Shown here piece by piece: positions 40,569 to 50,285 of a stretch of DNA of 64,000 nucleotides; the stretch's first letter is position 1, and each line of letters opens with the position of its first letter. Under the pieces are notes generated by a model. That model did no database searches. It saw nothing but the letters and a program-made list of their open reading frames with translations, and was not told the origin of the DNA. The position numbers and the translations under genes are program-made. Source of the stretch: a bacterium (lineage in GTDB: Bacteria > UBA10199 > 2-02-FULL-50-16 > JAJFLM01); assembly GCA_965216315.1 (NCBI GenBank), contig CBDCFN010000016.1:192001-256000 (forward strand), read 5' to 3'.

Positions 40569-41755
40569 AGATCTACTCCGTTTCGGAGCTGACTCACTCG
40601 ATAAAAGATCTCCTCGAAGAGACCTATCCGGAAGTCTGGGTAAGCGGGGAAATTTCCAATTTTAAAGCCCATCACAACGGGCATTTTTATTTTAATTTAA
40701 AAGACCAAGACAGTCGGCTTTCCGCCGTGATGTTTCGCGGCAGCAATCAAAGTCTGCGTTTTTCTCCGGAAGAAGGCATGGAAGTTGTGTGCTTTGGCAG
40801 GCTGACGATTTATCCTCCCTATGGTCAATACCAGATTATCGTCAACGCGATGGAACCCCAAGGTTTGGGAGCCCTTCAACTTGCCTTCGAGCAGCTGAAG
40901 GAAAAGCTCGCCAAGGAGGGTCTGTTTGAGGAGGGGAAGAAAAAGGAGCTGCCTTCCTTACCCAGACGGATCGGGATCGTCACATCGCAGTCGGGGGCGG
41001 CATTACGCGATATGATAGACGTCGCGATGCGGCGCTATCCTAATGTCGAAATTCTCGTGGCCCCTGCAGCAGTTCAAGGGAAGGAGGCGGCGCCGCAAAT
41101 TGCCGATGCGATCGCTCGTTTGAATAAGCAGCCGAATATCGATGTTATTCTTGTCGGTCGAGGAGGCGGATCGATGGAAGACTTATGGGCCTTCAACGAA
41201 GAAGTCGTTGCGCGTGCGATCGCGGCGTCGGCGATACCCATAATTTCAGCGGTGGGGCATGAAACGGATTTTACGATCGCTGATTTTGTTGCTGATGTTC
41301 GCGCGCCGACGCCATCGGCAGCCGCTGAGTTGGCGGTGCCCAGCAAGGAAGAATTGGTCTATACACTGGCACAATGGCGCTATCGCTTGACGCGTGCGAT
41401 TAAACAAGGTCTCGATGAGCGGCATGAAGATGTCTTGGAGCTGCGAAGGCGTCTTAAAGACCCGCGTCGACGTCTTGAAGAAATGATGCAGCGCTTGGAT
41501 GACTTGACGATGCGCTCTCAGCGCGCCATCTTTCATCGCCTGCAATATGGTCGGATGGAATGGCGACGCCTTCAGCGTTCACTCAAAAACCTGAATCCCC
41601 TGGCGATCTTGGAGCGGGGTTATGCCGTCGTGAACCCCGTGGGCTCCGCGCAGGCCCTGACATCTCCCGAGCAGGTCAAAATCGGGGATAAGGTGCAAAT
41701 TCGCCTCGCTCAGGGGCGGATTTCCGCGGAAATACTTAAAAAATGGGGACTTTAA
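40565..41755 (+). CDS. xseA: Exodeoxyribonuclease VII large subunit
   Basis: VSGEISN...GHFYFNLKD, IGIVTS..GAALRD, RGGGSMEDLWAFN, SAVGHETD, RAPTPSAAAE. Confidence 0.96.
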   Translation: MKIYSVSELTHSIKDLLEETYPEVWVSGEISNFKAHHNGHFYFNLKDQDSRLSAVMFRGSNQSLRFSPEEGMEVVCFGRLTIYPPYGQYQIIVNAMEPQGLGALQLAFEQLKEKLAKEGLFEEGKKKELPSLPRRIGIVTSQSGAALRDMIDVAMRRYPNVEILVAPAAVQGKEAAPQIADAIARLNKQPNIDVILVGRGGGSMEDLWAFNEEVVARAIAASAIPIISAVGHETDFTIADFVADVRAPTPSAAAELAVPSKEELVYTLAQWRYRLTRAIKQGLDERHEDVLELRRRLKDPRRRLEEMMQRLDDLTMRSQRAIFHRLQYGRMEWRRLQRSLKNLNPLAILERGYAVVNPVGSAQALTSPEQVKIGDKVQIRLAQGRISAEILKKWGL

Positions 41756-41791
41756 AGCCCCTCATATTGACTCGGGCCCGGCAAGGGGCGT

Positions 41792-42052
41792 ATGGAGCAG
41801 GCAGTTGTTATGCCCCCTGCTAAGGCAAAAAAAGAGAATTTCGAGACGGCGCTCAAAAAGCTCGAAAAGATCGTGACGGATCTGGAAGAAGGCGATTTGA
41901 GCCTGGAGCGTTCCATCAAGGACTTTGAGCAGGGCAGCAAGCTTGCCCAGCTTTGTGAAGACCAGCTTAATGCCGCCCGTAAAAAGGTGGAAGTCTTGAT
42001 GGGGGATAAAGTGGAGAGCTTTCCATGGGATGAAGAGGACGATGAAGATTGA
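41792..42052 (+). CDS. xseB: Exodeoxyribonuclease VII small subunit
   Basis: FETALKKLEKIVTDLEEGDLSLERSIKDFEQG..L...C...L..A. Confidence 0.95.
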   Translation: MEQAVVMPPAKAKKENFETALKKLEKIVTDLEEGDLSLERSIKDFEQGSKLAQLCEDQLNAARKKVEVLMGDKVESFPWDEEDDED

Positions 42053-42962
42053 ATTGAAAAAATATCTCAAGCCGCGTCAAGAGCTCGTCAATCGCTATTT
42101 GGAAGAGCAGGTCCCGAAGGCGTCGTCGCCCGCGCCTATCCTCTATGAGGCGATGAACTACAGCCTTAGCGCCGGGGGGAAACGATTGCGTCCGATCTTG
42201 GTGCTTGCGGCGTGGGAGGCTTGCAAAGGAGATAAGGTTGCCATCAATAATGGCCTCCCTAAATATCCTGAAGCGGTCGTGGCGGCGGCTTGTGCCTTGG
42301 AAATGATTCATACCTATTCGTTAATCCATGATGACCTTCCTGCGATGGACGATGATGATTTGCGTCGCGGCGTTCCGACCAATCACAAGAAATTCGGTGA
42401 AGCGACTGCAATACTCGCTGGAGATGCATTATTGACGGAAGCGTTTGCCGCGCTTGCCACGGTGCCGACGGATGACAGTGACGTGATGTTGCGCGTAATC
42501 GGACAAATTGCACGTGCCTCCGGCGCGCAGGGAATGGCCGGGGGGCAGGTGCTGGATCTGCAGGCTGAAGGCAAGACGATTGAGCCGGAAGCATTAGAGC
42601 ATCTTCATCGGCATAAAACCGGTTGTTTGCTCCACGTCTCGTGCATCGCTGGTGGTGAATTGGCCGGTGCCAATAAAGAGCAGCGGCAAGCCCTCGATAC
42701 TTACGGGAAGAACATTGGACTGGCATTTCAAATCGCCGACGACATCCTTGATGTCGAAGGCGGGACGGAAGAGTTGGGCAAAACGGCCGGCGCCGATGCT
42801 GTCCATAATAAGAATACCTATCCCTCTCTGCTGGGCCTGGATCAGTCTAAACATCTGGCAGAGGCCCTGATTGAAACTGCCGTGTCCAGCCTAGAACCAT
42901 TAGGTGGTTCCAGTGCCGCTCTTGCGGCTATTGCGACGTATATTATTGCAAGGAAATCGTAA
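42042..42962 (+). CDS. ispA: Polyprenyl (farnesyl) diphosphate synthase
   Basis: GGKRLRP, SLIHDDLPAMDDDDLRRG, GQVLDL, KTG, FQIADDILD, GKTAGAD. Confidence 0.95.
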   Translation: MKIELKKYLKPRQELVNRYLEEQVPKASSPAPILYEAMNYSLSAGGKRLRPILVLAAWEACKGDKVAINNGLPKYPEAVVAAACALEMIHTYSLIHDDLPAMDDDDLRRGVPTNHKKFGEATAILAGDALLTEAFAALATVPTDDSDVMLRVIGQIARASGAQGMAGGQVLDLQAEGKTIEPEALEHLHRHKTGCLLHVSCIAGGELAGANKEQRQALDTYGKNIGLAFQIADDILDVEGGTEELGKTAGADAVHNKNTYPSLLGLDQSKHLAEALIETAVSSLEPLGGSSAALAAIATYIIARKS

Positions 42963-42964
42963 CT

Positions 42965-43390
42965 GTGGAATTTAAGCAGCACACGATTCAACTGGCGACG
43001 ACCCAGCCGATTGAGATCATCAATATAACAGATTCAGTTCAGGCCTTTGTTAAGGAAGCGGGACTGACTCATGGCCTGCTTCATGTCGGTAGTGCCCATA
43101 CCACTGTTGGACTTGCCATCAATGAAGAATGTTCTGAGTTACGTAAAGACTGGCTAGCTTTTTTGCAGCGCCTGGCTCCCGCTGGCGCTGATTACTTTCA
43201 TGACCGTGTCGCCGTTGACGGGCGCCCGAATGCCCACAGCCACTTGTTATCCACCGTGTTGCCGAGCCAGCTGACGATAGTCCTGCAGGATGGGGTACTC
43301 GCTCTCGGGACCTGGCAGTCGGTGTTTGCGATAGATCTCGATGGGCCACGACCCAATAGGAAAATTCATTTAACTGTGATGGGTGCGTAG
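42965..43390 (+). CDS. yjbQ: YjbQ/UPF0047 family protein
   Basis: HTT.GL.INE, NAHSHL, LGTWQSVFAIDLDGPR. Confidence 0.9.
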   Translation: MEFKQHTIQLATTQPIEIINITDSVQAFVKEAGLTHGLLHVGSAHTTVGLAINEECSELRKDWLAFLQRLAPAGADYFHDRVAVDGRPNAHSHLLSTVLPSQLTIVLQDGVLALGTWQSVFAIDLDGPRPNRKIHLTVMGA

Positions 43391-44600
43391 GGGCGTGTTA
43401 TCTGAACAAGACATTCCGGCTTTTTTCGCCTCCCGCTCCGATCTCAAGCTCGAAGACTACGCCATCTTTGAATACCGGTTTGAAACGGATAAAGATCCCA
43501 AGCAGGCGGCGGCTTCTTTATGTTGTGAGCAAAGCACCGCCCAGTGGCAGCGTCCCGGGGTTGATGAAGATTTTCGGCCTTTGCATGGGGCGAAGGTGTT
43601 GGAACTGACCCCTCACCCCGACCCTCTCCCTCAAGGGGAGAGGGGGCTCAAAAAGTATAAGGTCGTTATAGCTCACCCGCACCGCAACTTTGGTCCTCGC
43701 ATTCCTAATCTGTTGTCCGCAGCAGCGGGAGAGGGACCGTTTTATTGCCCCGGGATTAGCCGTATTAAGTGGACGGACCTGGAATTGCCGCGGTCTTACC
43801 TGAATGAATTCGAGGGACCCCAATTTGGTCTCAAGGGGGTTCGCGAACGCTTGGGAGTCAGTGATCGGCCGATTTTTTTCGGGGTGGTTAAACCAAATAT
43901 CGGTCTCAAGCCGGAAGATTTTGCGACGATAGCTGATGAGAGTTGGTGTGGCGGCCTTGATATCGCCAAAGACGACGAGATGTTGGCGGATACGGACTGG
44001 TCGCCGTTAATAGCACGGACGCGTCTGGCTGTCACTGCCAGTCAGCGGGCCGCGCAGGAGACCGGTCAAAAAAAGTTTTTTCTTCCCAATATTACGGATG
44101 AAGTGGATCGGATCCAAGACCTGTATCATCAAGTGACTGCAGCCGGTGCGCCAATGGTGATGATCAATGCGATCATGACCGGTATCAGTGCGCTACGAGC
44201 GTTGCGCCGCTACGCACAGGTACCCATTGTCAGCCACTTCACGGGAACATCGGTGTTCTCGCGCTTACCTCATTACGGGATGAGTTCGCTGGTGGCGACT
44301 AAACTACAGCGTTTGGCCGGCGCCGATATCATTATACTCGCGGGCTTTGGAGAACGGATGGGGTGTTCGGATGAAGAAGTCCTCGCAAATGTCGGTGCGT
44401 GCCTCCAGGAATGGGGCCCGTTGCTGCCTGTATTGCCGGTTCCGGGAGGAAGCGACAGTGCGGAGACTCTTGCCGGTGTCTATCAAAAGATCGGTCATGA
44501 AAATTTTGGATTCATTTGTGGTCGCGGTGTCTTTGGCCATTCCGATGGTCCCAAAGCAGGAGCGCAGAGTCTTCATGATGCCTGGGAACAGATTCGGTGA
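43383..44600 (+). CDS. RuBisCO-like protein (form IV), resembling the Chlorobaculum tepidum IV-Photo RLP
   Basis: EQSTAQW, RPIFFGVVKPNIGL, LDIAKDDEMLAD, NITDEVD, TKLQRLAG, LPVPGGSDSA, GRGVFGH.DGPKAGA; lacks RuBisCO K177 and loop-6 K334. Confidence 0.92.
   Translation: MRRGVLSEQDIPAFFASRSDLKLEDYAIFEYRFETDKDPKQAAASLCCEQSTAQWQRPGVDEDFRPLHGAKVLELTPHPDPLPQGERGLKKYKVVIAHPHRNFGPRIPNLLSAAAGEGPFYCPGISRIKWTDLELPRSYLNEFEGPQFGLKGVRERLGVSDRPIFFGVVKPNIGLKPEDFATIADESWCGGLDIAKDDEMLADTDWSPLIARTRLAVTASQRAAQETGQKKFFLPNITDEVDRIQDLYHQVTAAGAPMVMINAIMTGISALRALRRYAQVPIVSHFTGTSVFSRLPHYGMSSLVATKLQRLAGADIIILAGFGERMGCSDEEVLANVGACLQEWGPLLPVLPVPGGSDSAETLAGVYQKIGHENFGFICGRGVFGHSDGPKAGAQSLHDAWEQIR
43609..43646 (+). repeat. 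REP-like palindromic element lying in-frame within the RLP gene
   Basis: CCCCTCACCCCGACCCTCTCCCTCAAGGGGAGAGGGGG with CCCTCTCCC/GGGAGAGGG stem; translated as PHPDPLPQGERG. Confidence 0.7.
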
Positions 44601-45346
44601 AAACCCGTCTCGACGTTTGGTTAAGCGAACACGATTTGGCTCCTTCTCGACAGCGTGCGCAAGCTCTCATCATGGCCGGCGTCGTCTTTGTTAATGATGA
44701 GTTAGCCAAGAGTGCCGCCCAGCCGGTTAAAGAGGGTGATCGTGTGGTCGTCCGGCAAAAAGATCATCCGTATGTCAGTCGTGGCGGTTTGAAGTTGGCT
44801 CATGCGCTTGAGGTGTTCAACGTCCCCGTACAGAACAAGGTCGCTGTCGATGTTGGAGCGTCAACGGGTGGCTTTACGGACTGTCTGCTTCAAGCAGGGG
44901 CCCGCAAGATTTATGCTGTCGATGTCGGTTATGGTCAACTGGATTGGAAATTGCGGCAGGATCAGCGTGTCGTTAGCATTGAGCGGTGTAATGCGCGTTA
45001 TTGGGATGCCGCTGAAGTTGAAGAGACAGTAGCTATCCTGACGATGGATATATCCTTTATTTCAATCCAGAAAGTCCTGCCGTCCGTCTTGTCTGCGCTG
45101 GCTGGAAAAATGGAACAACCTTTTTTTCTTATTCTGTTGATTAAGCCTCAGTTTGAGGCGGGTCGGGAAGAAGTTGGTCCCGGCGGTGTTGTTCGAGATA
45201 ATGCAGTCCAACAGCAAGTCGTGACGAAGATACGCCGTTTCGTTGCTGAGTTGGGTTTTGAGTGTGTGGGTGTGGAAGCCGCTCCTATCAAGGGCCCGAA
45301 GGGTAATCAAGAGTATCTTTTGGTCGCTAAGTCGTTTGACGTTTGA
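44597..45346 (+). CDS. tlyA: TlyA family rRNA 2'-O-methyltransferase
   Basis: S4 domain RLD...SRQRAQALIMAG, YVSRGGLKL, DVGASTGGFTD, DISFIS, LIKPQFE, GNQEYL. Confidence 0.95.
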   Translation: MKTRLDVWLSEHDLAPSRQRAQALIMAGVVFVNDELAKSAAQPVKEGDRVVVRQKDHPYVSRGGLKLAHALEVFNVPVQNKVAVDVGASTGGFTDCLLQAGARKIYAVDVGYGQLDWKLRQDQRVVSIERCNARYWDAAEVEETVAILTMDISFISIQKVLPSVLSALAGKMEQPFFLILLIKPQFEAGREEVGPGGVVRDNAVQQQVVTKIRRFVAELGFECVGVEAAPIKGPKGNQEYLLVAKSFDV

Positions 45347-45376
45347 TGGAACTAAAGCTAAGTTGTTGATATAACT

Positions 45377-46990
45377 ATGAAGTTCTTACAAGTTTTCATT
45401 GTCGCGTTGGTTGTGGCCGGACTGTTCGGCTCCTGTGCGCCGCGTGCGAAGCGTGCTCCGCTTATTGATACCGATGAGCATAGAGGGCTACGTTCTTATT
45501 TACTCAGCAAAATCGAGGCTTATCATGGTGAGCCGGAAGAGGCGATGAAATCGCTTAAAGAAGCACTAAAAGACGATCCGGATAATCCGCATATCGAAAC
45601 GCAAATTGCTGCGCTTGAAGCGGATCAAGGGCGCATTGCGCAGGCGCTGAAACGCGTCGATGATATTCTAATGCGCTATCCAAAGCATATTCCCGCCCTA
45701 CAATTAGCTGGTAAGATCGCCGGGACTCAAGGCCGCTTGGATGATGCCATTGCCTATTTCCGTAGAATTTTGCTGATTAAGTCATCGCTTTCTAGAATCC
45801 GTTTAAGCATTGCGGAGATTTATATTGCGCGCAAACAGTACCCGCAAGCCATTGCAGAGTTGCGGACTATTCAGCGAATCGAACCGGATTTTTTAGGGGC
45901 CTATTTCTTGGAAGGACTCATTTATACGGTTCACCTCAAAGACTATCCAAGAGCAATTATCGCCTACCGAAAGCTTCTTGAATACGAGCCGGCGAATATC
46001 CAGGTGCTGACAACGTTGGCTGAATTATATTTAAAGCTTAAGCAAAACCGGAAGGCTATTGGCGCATTAAGGCGTATTCACAAAATTGCTCCCTCCAATA
46101 TAGCCATCCCACTTAAGATTGCGTTGATACACTATCAGGCCAAACGCTATCAGGAAGCCGCGGATGAGTTCGTTTCGATTCAAGCGGAACACCCCGAAAT
46201 GGATAAGATCACGTACTATCTGGGAGTCATTTACGAAAATATTAAGAAGTATGATCAAGCTATTCTTGAGTTTGCCAAGATAGAGGAAGAATCAAAATAT
46301 TTCCGGGACGCAAGACTTCATCAAGCATTGATTTATGAGAAGCAAGAACGCCGCGATGAAGCGATTCAACTTCTTTGGGACACTATCGATGAAATGCCGC
46401 GTGAATCGGCGCTCTACGAATATCTTGTTGAGCTTTACCGTCAAGATCAAAATTGGGAAGGCGCTGTGGAGGCGCTCAAGAAAGCCATAGCCAAGACGGA
46501 TAATAAGGAGAAGTTCTATTATTCATTAGGCATGCTGTATGACCAGATGGGTTCGTTTGAGGACTCAATAGATGCGATGGAGGAAGTTCTCAAAATAAAT
46601 CCGGACAATGCCAATGCCCTCAATTTTATAGGCTATTTGTTTGCCGAGCAGGGGATTAAATTAAAGGAGGCAGAAGAAAAAGTCAGTAGGGCGCTGCAGC
46701 TAAAGCCGGATGATGGTTACATCACTGATAGTTTGGGTTGGGTCTATTTCAAGCAAGGAGAATTGAAAAAAGCAGCTGAGTACGTGCAACGCGCCTTGAA
46801 ATTGACGAAGAGAAAAGAGCCGACGATTATCGAGCACCTTGGGGATATTTATAAAGCGCAAGGACGTATCAAGGCTGCGCGACGGATGTATCAGCAGGCC
46901 TTACAACGACGTCATGCATCTCCTGATTTACTAGACAATAAAGAAGTTATACCGAGGCTTCGTGATAAGGTTAAAGAGACACTTCATTAG
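45377..46990 (+). CDS. TPR-repeat lipoprotein
   Basis: Lipobox LFGSC; many TPRs; ALNFIGY..AE, DGYITDSLGWVYFKQG, EHLGDIY. Confidence 0.88.
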   Translation: MKFLQVFIVALVVAGLFGSCAPRAKRAPLIDTDEHRGLRSYLLSKIEAYHGEPEEAMKSLKEALKDDPDNPHIETQIAALEADQGRIAQALKRVDDILMRYPKHIPALQLAGKIAGTQGRLDDAIAYFRRILLIKSSLSRIRLSIAEIYIARKQYPQAIAELRTIQRIEPDFLGAYFLEGLIYTVHLKDYPRAIIAYRKLLEYEPANIQVLTTLAELYLKLKQNRKAIGALRRIHKIAPSNIAIPLKIALIHYQAKRYQEAADEFVSIQAEHPEMDKITYYLGVIYENIKKYDQAILEFAKIEEESKYFRDARLHQALIYEKQERRDEAIQLLWDTIDEMPRESALYEYLVELYRQDQNWEGAVEALKKAIAKTDNKEKFYYSLGMLYDQMGSFEDSIDAMEEVLKINPDNANALNFIGYLFAEQGIKLKEAEEKVSRALQLKPDDGYITDSLGWVYFKQGELKKAAEYVQRALKLTKRKEPTIIEHLGDIYKAQGRIKAARRMYQQALQRRHASPDLLDNKEVIPRLRDKVKETLH

Positions 46991-47711
46991 CAGCCTAATT
47001 ATATTAGGGTTGTGTAGTTGTGCGGGTCTTCGCATGATCGAACGTCCCCAGGCGACTTCGTCTGCCGTGCGGCAAGGGGCGCAGTGGTATGAAGTGTTGT
47101 GGCAGCGTGATCAGGCCATTCAAACTCTTAGGGCGTCGGCACGAGTCCGTGTGAGTAGTGGGATTTTCTCCAGAGCGGTGGAGCAGGCGTTGATCGTTAA
47201 AAGGCCTAAGAATATGCGGCTTGATAGCTATACGGTCTTGGGGAATTTAATTCATCAATTAGTGCTTCGTAACGGTTCTTTATGGGTTTATGATGCAACG
47301 CGCGAACGCTTCGATAAAGATCGTGATGCGGAGCGACTACTGGAGGAAAACCTGGGTCTCGGCTTATCTATTGATGATATGGTCAGTATTTTAGTGGGGA
47401 GCGTTCCGTTGGAAGAGAGGACTGATTACCTCGCCGTTACAAAAAAACAGGGGGATGTGCTGCGAGGACTTAATTCGCAGGTTCTTATCGATCCTCAGAC
47501 GCAGCTGCCGCAGCGTTTTTCCGGCTATACGCGCCACAATGAGCTCTATGAGGTTCGCTATAGTCATTACCGGGAGGTGGCAGGGATCTCCTTCCCTCAT
47601 CGCATTGCGGTGGCGCTCCATGAGCCGCGAATTTCGCTTGAAATAAGCTTTAAAGATGTTGATATCAATATTCCTGTATCGGACGAAAAGTTTGCACATG
47701 AAGTTCATTAA
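46962..47711 (+). CDS. LolB/DUF4292-like lipoprotein
   Basis: Lipobox LCSC; RP..MRLD; VRYSHYREVAGISFPHRI; follows the TPR gene. Confidence 0.6.
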   Translation: MIRLKRHFISSLIILGLCSCAGLRMIERPQATSSAVRQGAQWYEVLWQRDQAIQTLRASARVRVSSGIFSRAVEQALIVKRPKNMRLDSYTVLGNLIHQLVLRNGSLWVYDATRERFDKDRDAERLLEENLGLGLSIDDMVSILVGSVPLEERTDYLAVTKKQGDVLRGLNSQVLIDPQTQLPQRFSGYTRHNELYEVRYSHYREVAGISFPHRIAVALHEPRISLEISFKDVDINIPVSDEKFAHEVH

Positions 47712-49278
47712 ATTGATTGCCATCTTTTTTCTTACGAGCGGGATATTTTCGTCGGCCTGCAACTTTCAGGTTCCGACCGATCCAAAAGTGCTCGTATGGC
47801 ATTTGTCGGCCGAACCGGACACGCTTAATCCGATTACAGCAACCGACGTCTATGCCTCGCGCATTAATACTTTTCTATTTGATAGTCTTATCGAACGAAA
47901 CAATGAGACTTTAGCCTTTGAGCCGAAGCTTGCCGAGCGCTGGGAAATATCCGCCGACAAACTCGATTTTACTTTTTATCTGCGCAAGGGGATCAAATGG
48001 CACGATGGAACGCCGGTCACAGTTGAGGATATCAAGTATTCGTTCGACCGCATTATGGATCCTAAGGTCGATGCGCCTCATATGAGGGTTTATTATCAAG
48101 AGATCGAAAGTGTGACCAAAGTGGCTCCGGGTGTCGTGCGTTTCCGGTATAAGCGACCGTATTTTATGGCCCTTAACTTCTGTGGCGGCATCCCAATCTT
48201 GCCAAGCCATCTTTTTTCAAAAGATGAAAATTTCAACCAGAGTCCTCTAGGGCGCGACCCCGTTGGGAATGGGCCGTATCGCTTTGTGCACTGGAAGACA
48301 GGTCGTTCGATTCGCATTGAACGCAACCCTGATTATTGGGGGCCGAAGCCGGAGATAAGCAATATTGAATTTCGCATTGTCGGTGAAGATACCGTTTCTC
48401 TGCAGATGCTTAAGAAAGGACAGCTGGACCTTGCCGGAATGCGCCCTATCCAGTGGGTCATGCAAACCAATTCGAAGAAATTTGCGCGAAAGTTTGAGAA
48501 GTACAAATACTATACACCGGGGTATACGTTTATTGCGTGGAATATGCGGCGGCCTTATTTTAAGGATGCCCGGGTTCGCCGTGCTCTCACACAGCTGATT
48601 AACCGCAAAGCGATTTTGGAGAAGCTCAGTTTCGGTTTGGGCAAAGTTGTGACTGGTCCGTTTTATACGGAAGGCATTGATTACGACAAGACAGTCAAGC
48701 CTCTCGCCTATGAACCGGAACAATCTTATAAGTTGTTAAGTGAGGCCGGCTGGGAGGATAAGGATAATGATGGTGTGCGCGAAAAAGATGGCGTGCCTTT
48801 CGCATTTGAGTTTTTAATCCCTTCAGGTCGACGTTTTACGGAACAATTATCGACAATTGTTAAAGAGGACTTTAGGAAGGCCGGCATTGATGTCACGATT
48901 CATAAGTTGGAGTGGGCTTTGTTTACACAGAAATTAAATGATCGTAGCTTTGATGCCGTCACTCTAGGCTGGTCTTTTGGTTATGAGCAAGATCCCTATC
49001 AGGTCTGGCATAGCTCGCAGGCCGAACGCGGTTCTAATTTTGTAGGTTTCGAAGATAAAGAGGCTGATGAGTGGATTGAAAAAGGTCGAGTGACTTTTGA
49101 TCGGGAGGTACGGGCAGGGCTTTATCATAAATTGCATCGAAAGATTCACGAGTTGCAGCCTTATACTTTTCTTTTTGCGTCACCGTCGCTCGTGGCGCTT
49201 AATCGACGGTTTCAAAATGTAAAAGTCTATCCGATTGGCCTTGATCCGCTTGAGTGGACATTGAAGGAGGAAATGTGA
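47698..49278 (+). CDS. Peptide ABC transporter substrate-binding lipoprotein (family 5)
   Basis: Lipobox SSAC; EPDTLNP, PKLAERWEIS.D...FTFYLRKGIKWHDG.P.T.ED. Confidence 0.93.
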   Translation: MKFIKLIAIFFLTSGIFSSACNFQVPTDPKVLVWHLSAEPDTLNPITATDVYASRINTFLFDSLIERNNETLAFEPKLAERWEISADKLDFTFYLRKGIKWHDGTPVTVEDIKYSFDRIMDPKVDAPHMRVYYQEIESVTKVAPGVVRFRYKRPYFMALNFCGGIPILPSHLFSKDENFNQSPLGRDPVGNGPYRFVHWKTGRSIRIERNPDYWGPKPEISNIEFRIVGEDTVSLQMLKKGQLDLAGMRPIQWVMQTNSKKFARKFEKYKYYTPGYTFIAWNMRRPYFKDARVRRALTQLINRKAILEKLSFGLGKVVTGPFYTEGIDYDKTVKPLAYEPEQSYKLLSEAGWEDKDNDGVREKDGVPFAFEFLIPSGRRFTEQLSTIVKEDFRKAGIDVTIHKLEWALFTQKLNDRSFDAVTLGWSFGYEQDPYQVWHSSQAERGSNFVGFEDKEADEWIEKGRVTFDREVRAGLYHKLHRKIHELQPYTFLFASPSLVALNRRFQNVKVYPIGLDPLEWTLKEEM

Positions 49279-50285
49279 CCGCCTATATCTTTCGGCGCAT
49301 TGCCTTGCTGGTGCCTACATTCATTGGGATTACGCTGATCACTTTCATGATTATTCAATTGGCTCCGGGTTCGCCCGTTTCGCTTAAGCTAATGGGCCCC
49401 GGTGGAGCGGGTCTTAAGGCGGAAAATGTTTCTAAAGAGGTTATTGAGCAAACCAAAAAACTCTATGGGCTCGATAAACCGATGCACGTACAGTATCTTC
49501 AGTGGGTTGGGCGCCTGGTGAAGCTGGATTTTGGAACGTCGTTTAAAGACCACCGCCCGGTGCTCGAAAAGCTGAAAGAGGCGGTACCGATTACCTTATT
49601 GCTCAACGTACTGTCTATCCTGCTGATCTATCTGATCGCGTTTCCACTTGGCATTTATTCGGCGATACGGCCGCGGAGCTGGTTTGATAAGGCGATGACC
49701 TTGGGATTGTTTGTTCTTTATTCCTTGCCGAATTTTTGGGTGGCCATGATTCTGATCCGCTATTTATCTGGGGGAGAATTTTTAGATATTTTTCCGATCA
49801 GTGGAATTATTTCCGATGGAGCTGAAACATTATCCTGGTGGGGTTATTTAGGGAATTTTGCCTGGCATTTATTTTTGCCTGTGACGGTTCTCACCTACGG
49901 TGGACTTGCTTTTTTGTCGCGCTTTTCGCGCGCTCAAATGTTGGAGGTGATTCGTCAGGATTATATCAGGACGGCGCGGGCCAAGGGGCTTTCTGAACGG
50001 GTTGTTATCCTGAAGCACGCGCTCCGCAATGCCCTGATCCCTTTGTTAACGCTGATGAGTACGCTATTGCCGGCCTTGATTGGCGGGAGTGTTATTGTTG
50101 AGCAAATTTTTGGAATCCCCGGGATGGGAAAGCTTGGCTTTGAAGCGGTTCTTTCGCGCGACTATCCGACTGTCATGGCAATCGCGAGTATCAGCGCGTT
50201 CTTGACCCTTATCAGTATCCTCATTACCGATCTCTTATATGTTGTCGTCGACCCTCGAATAAGTTTTGGAAAAGGAACGCAGTAA
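49275..50285 (+). CDS. Peptide ABC transporter permease (OppB/AppB-like)
   Basis: YGLDKP...QY, DYIRTARAKGL...KHALRNAL, RDYP, DPRI; GTG start after GGAGG. Confidence 0.93.
   Translation: MTAYIFRRIALLVPTFIGITLITFMIIQLAPGSPVSLKLMGPGGAGLKAENVSKEVIEQTKKLYGLDKPMHVQYLQWVGRLVKLDFGTSFKDHRPVLEKLKEAVPITLLLNVLSILLIYLIAFPLGIYSAIRPRSWFDKAMTLGLFVLYSLPNFWVAMILIRYLSGGEFLDIFPISGIISDGAETLSWWGYLGNFAWHLFLPVTVLTYGGLAFLSRFSRAQMLEVIRQDYIRTARAKGLSERVVILKHALRNALIPLLTLMSTLLPALIGGSVIVEQIFGIPGMGKLGFEAVLSRDYPTVMAIASISAFLTLISILITDLLYVVVDPRISFGKGTQ

Noticed and set aside
43383..44600. True RuBisCO and CO2 fixation
   Set aside because: K177 is replaced (KPNIG), loop-6 K334 is absent, and there is no small subunit or phosphoribulokinase; this is a form IV RLP.
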